Source of the DNA: an uncultured Desulfosarcina sp.
GTDB taxonomy: Bacteria; Desulfobacterota; Desulfobacteria; Desulfobacterales; Desulfosarcinaceae
Assembly (NCBI GenBank): GCA_963674945.2
Contig: CAXXWQ010000003.1
Coordinates: 640,001-704,000, forward strand
Length of the DNA: 64,000 nt
Direction: 5' to 3'
Positions 21,001-31,480 of this stretch are shown one piece after another. A program made the position numbers and the translations under genes. The notes under the pieces were generated by a model, which worked only from the letters and a program-made list of their open reading frames with translations, was not told where the DNA came from and ran no database searches. Every line of letters starts with the position of its first letter. The first letter of the stretch is position 1.

Positions 21001-21040
21001 TGGAGACATGTGGTGGCAGGTGGCAAGACCGGCGAAGTAA
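18005..21040 (+). CDS. MMPL/RND-family lipid exporter fused to a C-terminal class I SAM methyltransferase
   Basis: Two TM bundles with ITVDHG and LGMGVDY motifs; C-terminal ILDIGCGYG. Confidence 0.85.
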   Translation: MKRNRSINITMLASVIIVAAILLFVALSRLTIETDIVASLPTDDPVIADGVHIFENNPVKDQIAIDIGNDTGDRKALMAAATLVETHLLKSDLFEKVGYEPVARGLAALSDHVMNSLPVLFAADELQTKVAPLLSEAAIGKSLADARDRLYQMDGIGQASAISADPLGFSHLLLSRLTALNPAPGASISKGHILSADGHHLLVLATPAGSGTDTKLARDLTRFFQDLESAVALRCGDDIRLTPTGAFRAALDNETIVRSDVNRAIVWATVGIGLLLLSAFSRPLMGLLALLPALAGTVMALFFFSLVHDSISIMVLGFGGAVISITVDHGIAYMLFVDGGGAWNQKAASREIRAVGLLAVLTSVGAFTVLAFSGFAVFEQLGWFTASGIGCAFAFVHLVQPRLLITSERATTPARKRFSMIVDRLASTGIVGLTLAALLAVVLAFFIRPHFNTDLTAMNTVSEKTRAADRLMADVWGDIFSNVYLMNEADDPAALAEKNDRIQRVLENESTAGRIGPVVTPALFFPGPDRREKNLTDWRRFWTRERTRRVIETVKREGRALGFADTAFEPFFDRLTHPTVKNFSMGPAIRALMGIAHDSSDGKWRQVTRVLPRDTFNHQAFYDRVSASCAVFDPVLFSRHMGDLLFSTFMKMLLIIAASLIVLISLFFVDAGLVLISLLPLSFAFVCTLGTLGIMDRPLDIPSLMLSVVILGMGVDYTLFLVRGYQRYRRFDHPGFAVVRTAVAMAAGSTLIGFAVLVGADHDLLKSAGWICLCGIGYCLAGAFLILPPFLRKRFEAPVDDTGGIERRYRNMEPYPRLFARFKRRLDPLFDEIAHLVPADNTLSHILDIGCGYGVPACWMAERFPGAVIHGIEPKPERVRVAALALGDRGQIVVGAAPDLPPVDAPMDLATLLDMSHYLTDRQLETTLECIRSHLSPKGTLIVRSVMPPFARPHWTWYLEHVKLRINGIRVCYRRPDQVEKIFRKCGFEVVQSLSSGKRGDMWWQVARPAK

Positions 21041-21110
21041 AAATCCGGGTCCAGAGGGCCCGGCTTTGGGCTCCCCGATAAGGGGGCTGCATCATGAGCG
21101 CATGGTATCG

Positions 21111-21194
21111 CAGGAGCCAGGAGCCAGAATTCAGGAGCCAGAATGAATCGAGCCGAAGGCGAATACCTGATTCTGGATTCTGATTCTGGATTCT
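21111..21194. repeat. Heptamer-arm palindromic intergenic element (CAGGAGC/CAGAATT vs ATTCTGG units)
   Basis: CAGGAGC CAGGAGC CAGAATT CAGGAGC CAGAAT ... ATTCTGG ATTCTG ATTCTGG ATTCT. Confidence 0.72.
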
Positions 21195-21276
21195 TGTAAC
21201 AATTATACGGCAGAGCCAATGAACGCTGACCTGGCCCAGAGGACCAGGTTTTCTACACCCCAATAAAATAGTCCTC

Positions 21277-22167
21277 TTGATGCGACAAAGTAATCGACAC
21301 AGGTGGTATGGTTTCCTCTCCTTGGGCGAACGAACCGGTTTGCTGGCCTTCGGGGCGGCCCTGTCCCTGGCCGCCGTGGATATTCGCCTGGCCACCATTC
21401 CCCTTGCGCTGTTTCTCATGTGTTCGTTTCTCGCGCCCTTTTTTCCCTGGACCGGGTTCTTTTTCCCCGTCATCAGTCGGGGCAACACCAAGGCGCCCAT
21501 GGTGGCCCTCACCTTCGACGATGGTCCGGATCCGGTGACAACCCCCATGTTACTGGATCTGCTGTCCATCTATCGCGTTCCCGCCACGTTCTTCGTCACC
21601 GGCAGGCGCGTACAGGCATATCCGCACCTGGTCCGGCAGATCATCGAACATGGACATACCATCGGAAACCACAGCTATCACCACGAACAATATCGCATGT
21701 ACCTGCTTCCTTCCGTGCTGATGCGGGAAATCACCGATACCCAGGAGATTTTGGCCCGATCGGGCGTCGTTCCGGTGGCCTTCCGCCCGCCGGTGGGCGT
21801 CACCACGCCGGCCATGGGCGCCGTATTGGACGAGAAAGGGATGATCACCGTCAATTTCAGCTGCCGTGCATTCGACTGGGGCAATCGACACATCCACCGG
21901 CTGGCGAACAAGATCCTTTCTAAAATTCAAGGGGACGACATCGTGATGCTCCACGATTCCCTCCCTTCAGATCCGGCGCACCTGGATCGTTGGATCCGGG
22001 AGGTGAGAAAAATTCTTGCGGGCATATCCAAAAAGGGGTTCACCGTCGTACCGCTGGAAACGCTCATCGGCCGGCCGGTGATGAAAAAAAATGTTGTGCC
22101 ACAAGAAAAAGGTGAATCAACAATCTTTGGGACTGCGGTTTCAACACCCAAGCCCGAAAGCCGGTAA
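21277..22167 (+). CDS. Polysaccharide deacetylase family protein
   Basis: ALTFDDGP, ATFF, GNHSYHH, FRPPVG, MLHD; N-terminal TM segment. Confidence 0.9.
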   Translation: MMRQSNRHRWYGFLSLGERTGLLAFGAALSLAAVDIRLATIPLALFLMCSFLAPFFPWTGFFFPVISRGNTKAPMVALTFDDGPDPVTTPMLLDLLSIYRVPATFFVTGRRVQAYPHLVRQIIEHGHTIGNHSYHHEQYRMYLLPSVLMREITDTQEILARSGVVPVAFRPPVGVTTPAMGAVLDEKGMITVNFSCRAFDWGNRHIHRLANKILSKIQGDDIVMLHDSLPSDPAHLDRWIREVRKILAGISKKGFTVVPLETLIGRPVMKKNVVPQEKGESTIFGTAVSTPKPESR

Positions 22168-22262
22168 AATGCATGCAAAATGATTGTAATTTAACTTCAT
22201 ATCGCTTGCATTTTTATGAAAATTACGGTAGCCTTCATTCAATCTCCAAAAAGGAGGCCCCC

Positions 22263-22511
22263 ATGCCCTCACTTCAAGTCAGAGAATTGCCGGAACCGAT
22301 TTATCGGCTTCTTCAGGAAGAGGCCCGAAAAGAACATCGGAGTTTTGCCCAACAGGCCATCGTTACCCTTGCCAAAGGACTGGGCATTACTGAAAACCCT
22401 AAAAAACGTCGTGCCGAAGTTTTGCGGAACATTTTGGAGAACCCGGTTGAGGCAAAGGCGGACCAGTTGATCGATCCTGTTTCTCTTGTCCGGGAGGACA
22501 GAGAACGATGA
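22263..22511 (+). CDS. FitA/VapB-like ribbon-helix-helix antitoxin
   Basis: MPSLQVRELPE...ARKEHRS; AGGAGG RBS; ATGA overlap with PIN toxin. Confidence 0.8.
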   Translation: MPSLQVRELPEPIYRLLQEEARKEHRSFAQQAIVTLAKGLGITENPKKRRAEVLRNILENPVEAKADQLIDPVSLVREDRER

Positions 22512-22918
22512 TCATTGTCCTCGATGCCAGTGCAGCCGTAGAAATTGTGCTTCAACGGGAAAACGGCAAACATTTTCTGCATCACATCGAAAGTGCGCAG
22601 TGGGTTTTGGCACCCGGATTGTTTGTCTCCGAAGTCACGAACGTCTTCTGGAAATATTTCAGGTTCGGGAATCTTTCCATGGAACAATGCGAAAAGGGAA
22701 TAGATTTTTCTGTTCATCTGCCCGATGAATACTGCGACGATAAAACAATGTACAAAGAAGCCTTTTCACTGGGATGTCAAACCGGAAAACCGGTCTATGA
22801 TATGTTCTATGTTGTTCTTGCCCGTCGCAACAACGGACATTTGATGACGCTGGATCGGACACTCGCCGACGTAGCCGATAAAAACTCGGTCAGGATTGTC
22901 ACGCCTCCCACCACGTGA
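22508..22918 (+). CDS. vapC: VapC-family PIN-domain toxin
   Basis: IVLDASA, E, VYDMFYVVLA, LMTLD acidic residues. Confidence 0.85.
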   Translation: MIIVLDASAAVEIVLQRENGKHFLHHIESAQWVLAPGLFVSEVTNVFWKYFRFGNLSMEQCEKGIDFSVHLPDEYCDDKTMYKEAFSLGCQTGKPVYDMFYVVLARRNNGHLMTLDRTLADVADKNSVRIVTPPTT

Positions 22919-22993
22919 GCAATCCGAAACTGGAAACCGCAATCACCGACCACCCGCAGAGCAGGTGGTTTGATGAAGCCCCCTTGAAAGGGG

Positions 22994-24082
22994 CTAAAAT
23001 CCAGACTTTGCGTGAGATTGTTTTTCTTCGTAATTTCTCCAGCACAGAGGATCGGAGGCGAGGTAATCGCCGGTCATCTGGAAGGCGGCCCCGCGGCAGC
23101 CGTAGCACCCATCGGCAAGTTCGCAGCTCCTGCACGGACCCTTTATCGTGTTGCGGTAGTCCTTGAGCGCTTTGAGCACCGGGCTCTCTTTGATGATGGC
23201 GGAAAGGGATTTGTCGCGGACGGAGCCTATGGAAATGGTCACCCCCACGCAGGGCATCACGTCGCCGTTGGAGGTCACCAGGCAGGAAAACTGGTGGCGC
23301 AGGCAGCGGTTGCCCACCAAGGGGGGCTGCGGTATCCATTCCCGGCCATACCGCTCTTTGTCCATTCTGGCCAGGGTCTCGAAAAGCCGTTTCAGGTCGG
23401 GTGGGTCCACGTCCAGCCATCGGTTTTCCAGGGCATTGGCCTGGGGGGTGATGATTTCGAAATAGGGGGCGATGCCCCGATCCCGGAGCCAGCACCAGAG
23501 TTGTGGCAGTTCCTGGATATTTTGTTTGCAGATGATGGTGCTCACGGCGAAAAAGGCCTCTTCGGAAGGGTACCCCGCACGCCGTAAATGGTCCAGGGCC
23601 GCTGCGATGATTCGGCCGGCGTCTTTTCTCCCCGACAGGCGTGCCTGCAGATCGCCGTCGAAGGTGTTCATCTTCAGCACCATGCGGACCCTTCGCGCAA
23701 ACAGCCATTTGGCGAATTCTAAGGTGATGCCGCTTCCATTGGTGAACATCTCCACCTCCATCTCCCGGGCCTGGATGAAGGTGATCATTTCCCTGATTTG
23801 CGGATAGATGCTCGGTTCGCCCCCCAGGATAATGATCCGGCGCGCCCCCAGGCTCTTGGCCTGCATCAGCACATCCTGGATCTCGGTAACCGTCAGTTCC
23901 CCGTCCAGATAGTCTGCTTCGGGCACATAGCAGTAGGGGCAGTTGAAATTGCAGCGCCGGCTGAATTCCACCTCCATGGTCAGCAGCCGGTTCTTGGCCG
24001 CCGTTCGGGCAACAATTTCTCGATCGAACGCGAATTCAAACGACTGGCCGGTGCAGCTTCCCATGAATTGATCCTCTTCCAC
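22994..24082 (-). CDS. Radical SAM/SPASM-domain protein
   Basis: CNFNCPYC, GGEP, SPASM C...GDVMPC...CRSC...CYGCR...DPLC. Confidence 0.88.
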   Translation of the reverse strand: MEEDQFMGSCTGQSFEFAFDREIVARTAAKNRLLTMEVEFSRRCNFNCPYCYVPEADYLDGELTVTEIQDVLMQAKSLGARRIIILGGEPSIYPQIREMITFIQAREMEVEMFTNGSGITLEFAKWLFARRVRMVLKMNTFDGDLQARLSGRKDAGRIIAAALDHLRRAGYPSEEAFFAVSTIICKQNIQELPQLWCWLRDRGIAPYFEIITPQANALENRWLDVDPPDLKRLFETLARMDKERYGREWIPQPPLVGNRCLRHQFSCLVTSNGDVMPCVGVTISIGSVRDKSLSAIIKESPVLKALKDYRNTIKGPCRSCELADGCYGCRGAAFQMTGDYLASDPLCWRNYEEKQSHAKSGF

Positions 24083-24229
24083 TTACTTCCATCATCAAGG
24101 CGATGGCGTTTCGATATCTGTTTACACCTAAGTTGCGCGATTGTCGAGCCGGCAGAAAGATCGTTGTTCCTCTCCGTGGGTTCTGCGACGCTGCGAGAGA
24201 TTCTCTTTTTGGTGCCAGACGTTCCATGT

Positions 24230-24736
24230 TCAGCCGTCAATGGTCTTGAATTTCTCGGGCGGTGCGCCGCAGATGGGACATTTCTTGGGAATCCGCTTAT
24301 CTGTCACGTAGCCGCACACCTGGCATACATGGTACTCTTTCACCTGCTCCTTGATCACATTCATGATCGCCCGTTCGTAGAGTTTGGCGTGGTACCCTTC
24401 GGCATCCCGGGCATGGCTGAAGGCCAGTGACGCTGCGGTCTCGCCCTCGTCCTCGGCGGTTTTCAAAAAATCGGGATAGGCGTTCTCGCTGACGGTCTTC
24501 TCCCGCTGGAAGGATGCTTCCAGGTTGGTATCGGTATCCTTGACGAGAAGGTCTTTTACCAGGTTCAGTTGCCGGGTGGCATGCACCCGTTCGGCTTCGG
24601 CGATGGCGCGGAACAGCAGGGCGATCTGTGGAACTTCCTCCTCTTCCGCTTTTTCCGCGTATGCCAATAATCGGAAATAGGCCTTTGCCTCACCGATGAA
24701 CGCCTTGTAGATATTATCCTTGGTTTTGGGTCCCAT
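24230..24736 (-). CDS. Rubrerythrin
   Basis: AFIGEAKA...AEAERVHA...AEGYHA, C-terminal CQVC/CPIC rubredoxin site. Confidence 0.92.
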   Translation of the reverse strand: MGPKTKDNIYKAFIGEAKAYFRLLAYAEKAEEEEVPQIALLFRAIAEAERVHATRQLNLVKDLLVKDTDTNLEASFQREKTVSENAYPDFLKTAEDEGETAASLAFSHARDAEGYHAKLYERAIMNVIKEQVKEYHVCQVCGYVTDKRIPKKCPICGAPPEKFKTIDG

Positions 24737-24985
24737 GTATCTCCTCCATCCAGGGGTTAATCAGTCTTACACCACGAACTTTTATATCATAAACATTTAT
24801 TTATTGAAAAATCCTTCGTTTTTTCGTTTATTTTGGGTGAACCATACGTAGCTCTTTCTCGAAACACGCCACTTTTGAAAGTGGAACAGGTACGGCTTTT
24901 GAAATACCTTTTTTGATCGAGGCGCCATCATAGGCGATCCTGCGGCGGGCTGGTATGGCGTTCATCCGTTTTTACACTTCTCTGT

Positions 24986-26483
24986 CAATGCCATTAACTT
25001 AAGAAGCAGTTAAACGGCATAACATATCAAATATATTGCAAATTATGTTGTATTAGGTGGATCGACATGGTATACTCACTTTCAATAATAACAGCCAGTT
25101 ATATAATCAAAAGGAGCATACCATGTCGAAAATTAGCGAGAAATTTGGTAACTTTGGCACGAAACCTGATTTTCAATGTATGTGCCAAAACAATTGAATT
25201 TATAAGAGAAATTATCTCCTCTCCTGACTTCATCGCTCGCCACAGAAAAAACAAGAACGATTTCACACGGAATAGAAAACTTCCGTTTCATGTCTTGATC
25301 GTTTTTCTCATCAACCTTGTCAAAGGTTCATACCAGGACGAACTGGATAGATTCTTCAAGACATTATGCCGCTTCGATGTGGCAAGACGGGTCGTATCGA
25401 AAGCAGCTTTAACAAAAGCGCGAATGAAGCTCAAGTATGAAGCCTTTGTTGAATTGAATTTACAGTTAATCATCTATTTTGAAAAGCATTTTCGTCCCAA
25501 GTTGTGGTTCGGGTTCCGGTTGCTGGCCATTGACGGTTCTACAACAAAATTGCCGGTGACGGATGATGTCGCCCAGCATTTTGGCGTTTGGAACGTTCGT
25601 CAGGGTGCGCCATCTCCCATGGCAAGGGTTTCTCAGCTTTTCGATGTCCTCAACAAAATGACCGTCGATGCCCTTATCAAGCCCAAACGTATCGGTGAAC
25701 GCGAACTGGCGGCGCAACACATGCTAAACGTCATGCCCAAGGATTTGATCCTTCTCGATAGGGGGTACCCGGCATGGTGGCTTTTTAACCTGATCCTTTC
25801 CATGGAGGCCAACTTCTGTGCCCGCGTGTCTTGTACGAAATGGAAAGTCGTTCGTAAGTTTTTTCATTCCGGGCTATCGGAAAAGATTGTTACCGTGCCT
25901 GTTCATCCTACCTCCGTTTCCCAATGCAAACAGATGGGGTTGGACACAACCCCTTTAAAACTTCGTCTGATCCGCATTGAAAACGATGGGAAGGTTGCCG
26001 TGCTAATGACTTCGCTGATTGACAAGGGAACATATCCAATCGAACTGTTTAGCGATCTTTACCACAAAAGATGGCCAGTGGAAGAGGATTACAAAATCAT
26101 CAAATGCCGGATGGAACTGGAAAACTTTTCTGGCCAATCTGCGCTGTCTGTGTATCAAGACTTTCACGCAAAGATTTTCGCCAAAAACCTGGTCTGGATG
26201 ATGGCTTTTCCTGTCCAAGACCAGATGGACAATGACATTGTGGATAAAAAACACCGATACCAGATCAATTTCACCCAGGCGCTGTCAAAAAGTAAAGGTG
26301 TGATCGTCTTGCTGTTTCTCGATACGAAAAGGATGATCAAACGATTGATCGCCGATTTGCAATATATTTTTCAAAGAACCGTTGAACCGATTAGGCCGGG
26401 GAGAAAATATCCGCGCAAACACAAAGCGAAACCGCGCATATATTTTCCTCAGTACAAGCCGATCGGTTAAGTTAACGACATTG
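24986..26483 (+). mobile_element. IS4-family insertion sequence (1498 bp)
   Basis: 17-bp terminal IRs CAATGCCATTAACTTAA / reverse complement CAATGTCGTTAACTTAA; 10-bp direct repeat ACTTCTCTGT at 24976-24985 and 26484-26493. Confidence 0.93.
25067..26470 (+). CDS. IS4-family DDE transposase
   Basis: AIDGS, LLDRGY, YHKRWPVEEDYK (YREK-like) motifs; start uncertain. Confidence 0.92.
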   Translation: MVYSLSIITASYIIKRSIPCRKLARNLVTLARNLIFNVCAKTIEFIREIISSPDFIARHRKNKNDFTRNRKLPFHVLIVFLINLVKGSYQDELDRFFKTLCRFDVARRVVSKAALTKARMKLKYEAFVELNLQLIIYFEKHFRPKLWFGFRLLAIDGSTTKLPVTDDVAQHFGVWNVRQGAPSPMARVSQLFDVLNKMTVDALIKPKRIGERELAAQHMLNVMPKDLILLDRGYPAWWLFNLILSMEANFCARVSCTKWKVVRKFFHSGLSEKIVTVPVHPTSVSQCKQMGLDTTPLKLRLIRIENDGKVAVLMTSLIDKGTYPIELFSDLYHKRWPVEEDYKIIKCRMELENFSGQSALSVYQDFHAKIFAKNLVWMMAFPVQDQMDNDIVDKKHRYQINFTQALSKSKGVIVLLFLDTKRMIKRLIADLQYIFQRTVEPIRPGRKYPRKHKAKPRIYFPQYKPIG

Positions 26484-26516
26484 ACTTCTCTGTCATAAAA
26501 AAAAGGAGATCGCGAT

Positions 26517-26738
26517 ATGTTGAATGGACAATGCCCGCGTTGCAACGCAAAGGATGTTTATAAAAAGAACAATGGCATAATATCCGGCGAAAAGCATGTC
26601 TATGTTACCGGGCTTGGTTTCACCTCTCCGCGAACCGATCAAACAACGTTTCTCTGCACGTCCTGCGGATACTATGAAAACTATATCGCAGACGAAACCA
26701 TTCGGGAGAAAGTCACCCAAAAGTGGGAAAAAGCATAG
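26517..26738 (+). CDS. Small zinc-ribbon hypothetical protein
   Basis: CPRC and CTSCGY pairs; AGGAG RBS. Confidence 0.7.
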   Translation: MLNGQCPRCNAKDVYKKNNGIISGEKHVYVTGLGFTSPRTDQTTFLCTSCGYYENYIADETIREKVTQKWEKA

Positions 26739-26759
26739 ATAAAACCCCCATGAGGAAGG

Positions 26760-27578
26760 ATGTACATGAAACTCGAGGTCCAGGATTGCTGCAATGATTT
26801 GCAAAAAGTGCGGAACAAGGCACCGCTGGTTCACAATATCACCAACTTTGTCGTCATGAACAATACGGCGAACGCGCTGCTGGCCATCGGTGCGTCGCCT
26901 GTAATGGCCCATGCCGTCGAAGAAGTTGCAGAGATGTCGGCACTCGCCTCTGCACTGGTGATCAACATCGGGACCCTGAGCCAAAAGTGGATCACCGCCA
27001 TGGCACTAGCGATGACAACAGCACAAAGCAATGGTGTCCCGATTGTCTTCGATCCGGTTGGTGCCGGTGCAACCGCGTTTCGGACCCGGTCCTGTCTTGA
27101 ACTTCTCGGGCAAACCGCGCCAACCGTGATCCGGGGAAACGCCTCCGAAATTATGGCGCTGGCCGGCGATACGGTGCGGACAAAAGGGGTCGATAGCGCG
27201 GCGGCAGCAAATGAAGCCGGGAATGCGGCGTCGGCATTGGCGGAAAAATATGCCTGCGTGGTCTGCGTCAGCGGTGCCGTTGATCTGATCACCGATGGCA
27301 ATCAAAGCGTCCGGGTGCGTAACGGACACCCGCTCATGCCGAAGGTCACCGGCCTCGGTTGTACCGCAACGGCTCTCGTCGGTGCCTTCTGTGCCGTCAA
27401 CAATAACGCCCTTGCGGCAACTGGCCACGCCATGGCGACAATGGGGATCTGCGGAGAACTTGCCGCAGCGCAAGCGGCGGGACCGGGAACCCTTCAGGTT
27501 CACTTGATTGATGCCTTCTATACTTTACACAGCGAACAAATTGAAGCACATTGGCTCGACCCGGAGTCAAAGGGTTGA
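26760..27578 (+). CDS. thiM: Hydroxyethylthiazole kinase
   Basis: PLVHNITNFVVMN...INIGTL...DPVGAGAT...IRGNASEI...VTGLGC. Confidence 0.95.
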   Translation: MYMKLEVQDCCNDLQKVRNKAPLVHNITNFVVMNNTANALLAIGASPVMAHAVEEVAEMSALASALVINIGTLSQKWITAMALAMTTAQSNGVPIVFDPVGAGATAFRTRSCLELLGQTAPTVIRGNASEIMALAGDTVRTKGVDSAAAANEAGNAASALAEKYACVVCVSGAVDLITDGNQSVRVRNGHPLMPKVTGLGCTATALVGAFCAVNNNALAATGHAMATMGICGELAAAQAAGPGTLQVHLIDAFYTLHSEQIEAHWLDPESKG

Positions 27579-27765
27579 CATAAACCGCTCCTACTCCCTC
27601 CAATGTTCGGGCCGATGCAGCGCATCGGCGCAACGTATTTTTCCACTGACGGTGCCGATCACCCCCGGGAAAAGCGCCTGAACCATCCAGGCGTCGGCAT
27701 GTTCATCTTCCATTGCTTTTCGTATTTTCATTTTTTCTCCCGCCTTTTTCTTCCGGGTGAGAACA

Positions 27766-28881
27766 TCATCCATTTCGATCCCGTTTCTTCATCGCCTTGA
27801 CTTTCAGGGCCACCCCTTTCCAGCGTTCCTTTTCCAGGCGGTCGGCACTCTTGTGCTGCCGATGAGACAGATAGGTCAGCTCACGTTTCATTTTGTGGTA
27901 ACTTTCCAGTCTGTCTTGCAGGAGATCCCCGTCCGTCACCGCCTGCAGGACCCGGCAACCGGGTTCGTGGACATGGCTGCAGTCGGAAAAACGGCACTGC
28001 ACGGCAAGGTTTTCAATCTCCGGAAAGGCGGTGCCGATCCCGTCGCCATCGTTCCAGAAACCGATTTCACGAATACCGGGATTGTCAATCACCATCCCCC
28101 CCTGGGGCATCACGATCAGATCACGGGTGGTCGTCGTGTGCGTTCCTTTGCCCACACTGTCACTGATCGAACCGGTCGTCTGCAGGGGCTTGCCGTAGAG
28201 CCGGTTCACCAGGGTGGATTTACCGGCACCGGAAGAGCCAACCATGGTGGTGGTCTGTCCCGGAGACAAATATTGTCCAAGTTGTGCCGGCCCTTCGTCA
28301 TCCAGTGCCGAAATCAGGTGCGTCGGGACCCCGAAGGCAACCGCTTCCACTTCAGCGAGAAAATGCTCCGGATTCTCGTGAAGATCGGCTTTCGTCAGAA
28401 TGATGACGGGTTTGAGGCAAGCGTTGTAGACCAGCGTCAGGTACCGTTCAATGCGGCGCAGGTTAAAATCCCGGTCCAGACCGCAAACGATAAACACCGT
28501 ATCGAGGTTTGCCGCAATGACCTGCTCTTTTTGTGGCAGGTCATCCTGTTTGCCACGTGTGCCCGCAGCGCGCCGGCTCAGCGTATTTTTTCGGGGTAAC
28601 ACGGTCACGATCACCGTGTCTGTGGCAAGAACCCAATCCCCCGTGACGGGATACAAACATTCAGCGTTGTGCTGGAGCCGTCCGGCTACGGTGGCGAGCC
28701 ACTCGTTTTTTCCGTTACTGATACGAAAGCTGTTCTTTCTCACCCCGACCACCCTGGCCGGGATAGCTTGCTCGTTGCAGAAACGTTCCAGCTCTGTCTG
28801 GAAATGGGTGGTCCATCCCAACCGTGAAAGATGAAGGGTGCTGTCGGTATATTTTTTTTCCATATTTTTCGTCGTACGCAT
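27766..28881 (-). CDS. rsgA: Ribosome small subunit-dependent GTPase A
   Basis: LTKADL, GSSGAGKS, GTHTTT, IDNPG, CRFSDCSHVHEPGC. Confidence 0.93.
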   Translation of the reverse strand: MRTTKNMEKKYTDSTLHLSRLGWTTHFQTELERFCNEQAIPARVVGVRKNSFRISNGKNEWLATVAGRLQHNAECLYPVTGDWVLATDTVIVTVLPRKNTLSRRAAGTRGKQDDLPQKEQVIAANLDTVFIVCGLDRDFNLRRIERYLTLVYNACLKPVIILTKADLHENPEHFLAEVEAVAFGVPTHLISALDDEGPAQLGQYLSPGQTTTMVGSSGAGKSTLVNRLYGKPLQTTGSISDSVGKGTHTTTTRDLIVMPQGGMVIDNPGIREIGFWNDGDGIGTAFPEIENLAVQCRFSDCSHVHEPGCRVLQAVTDGDLLQDRLESYHKMKRELTYLSHRQHKSADRLEKERWKGVALKVKAMKKRDRNG

Positions 28882-29329
28882 TGTCAGACTCCGCTTTTAT
28901 TGTCTGTCGCCATACCGGCATTGCCTGGCACAGGGCGCCAGGGACAGGTAAACATTCTGCCGATAAATCTTATATTCTTTTGATATCAGGGTCTTAGAAC
29001 CGTTACCGATGATGGGGGCAACTATACCGGCGGAATCTCGAAGAAGGAGTCTGCTGCGGAACAGATCCGGAGGGACAGATCTGTCTTAAACGGAAAAGCC
29101 TGTTTTGCTTATTGCAGAGCTACAATCAATCAGCCACCGTGGGGTTGGTCCCCTTGCCGGTAACGATTGACGCAATATCCATAGATTTTCTGAACAAAAA
29201 AACCTCTTTCATATGATTTTTCATTGAAGGAGTCCAAGTATTCTAAATGACATGTTGCTGTCAAGTTTTTTCATTCTTTTCTTCTTGGCCCGAACTGTTG
29301 GTGTGGCAGGTCCCTGACAATTCTGATAC

Positions 29330-29617
29330 CATGCCATTGGAATCAACGAACAATGGCGAATCTGTCTTCAATGACACCAAGATGGTGTCCATGCAGTCAA
29401 AATTGTCGACCATCATTGAGGTATCGCAATGAGAGATTATCCCCCCATCCACCCTGGTGAAAAAAGGCCTATCAAAAAGCTATCCGCTAAAAAACTGCCT
29501 GTGGGACTGGCAAAAAAAGTATCCGGAGTTTGAGCTGAACGACGACTTTATGGCCCCTTTGCCGGACGATTTGATCGATGCCTTTTATGGGGGGCATGAA
29601 TGAATTTTCTGCTCGAT
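29330..29617 (+). pseudogene. Mosaic relics of toxin-antitoxin genes (HigB C-term, HigA N-term, Phd/VapB-like C-term, VapC N-term)
   Basis: HAIGINEQWRICLQ*HQDGVHAVKIVDHH* (29330-29419); MRDYPPIHPGE (29429-29461); PVGLAKK / frameshift / YPEFELNDDFMAPLPDDLIDAFYG; MNFLLD (29600-29617). Confidence 0.7.
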
Positions 29618-29657
29618 AGAAAAACATCACATAACGAAACTGGAACTGAGCGCTAAA

Positions 29658-31271
<1,614 letters not shown>

Positions 31272-31480
31272 CGCTGCTCTTTAACACCATGTTTTTAAAT
31301 AAAAAATCGACCGAATGGTGCGATTCGGCCATATCGCGGTGTTAAAGTTCTCACTTAAATTTTTCATTCCCTCACTTTCAATAATTAAATCAGAAAGATA
31401 ACTCAAATTGCGAACATCAAGGGAAAAGTATGTGCGCTTGAGGTTCGCAAACCCCAAAAACGATTGTTTCATTGGGTTGC
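31272..31480 (-). promoter_or_regulatory. CRISPR leader
   Basis: AT-rich non-coding stretch between cas2 stop and first repeat. Confidence 0.7.

Noticed and set aside
24740..26760. Possible TPP riboswitch upstream of thiM
   Set aside because: No CTGAGA...CCTGA...GCG.AGG core found by eye on either side of the IS
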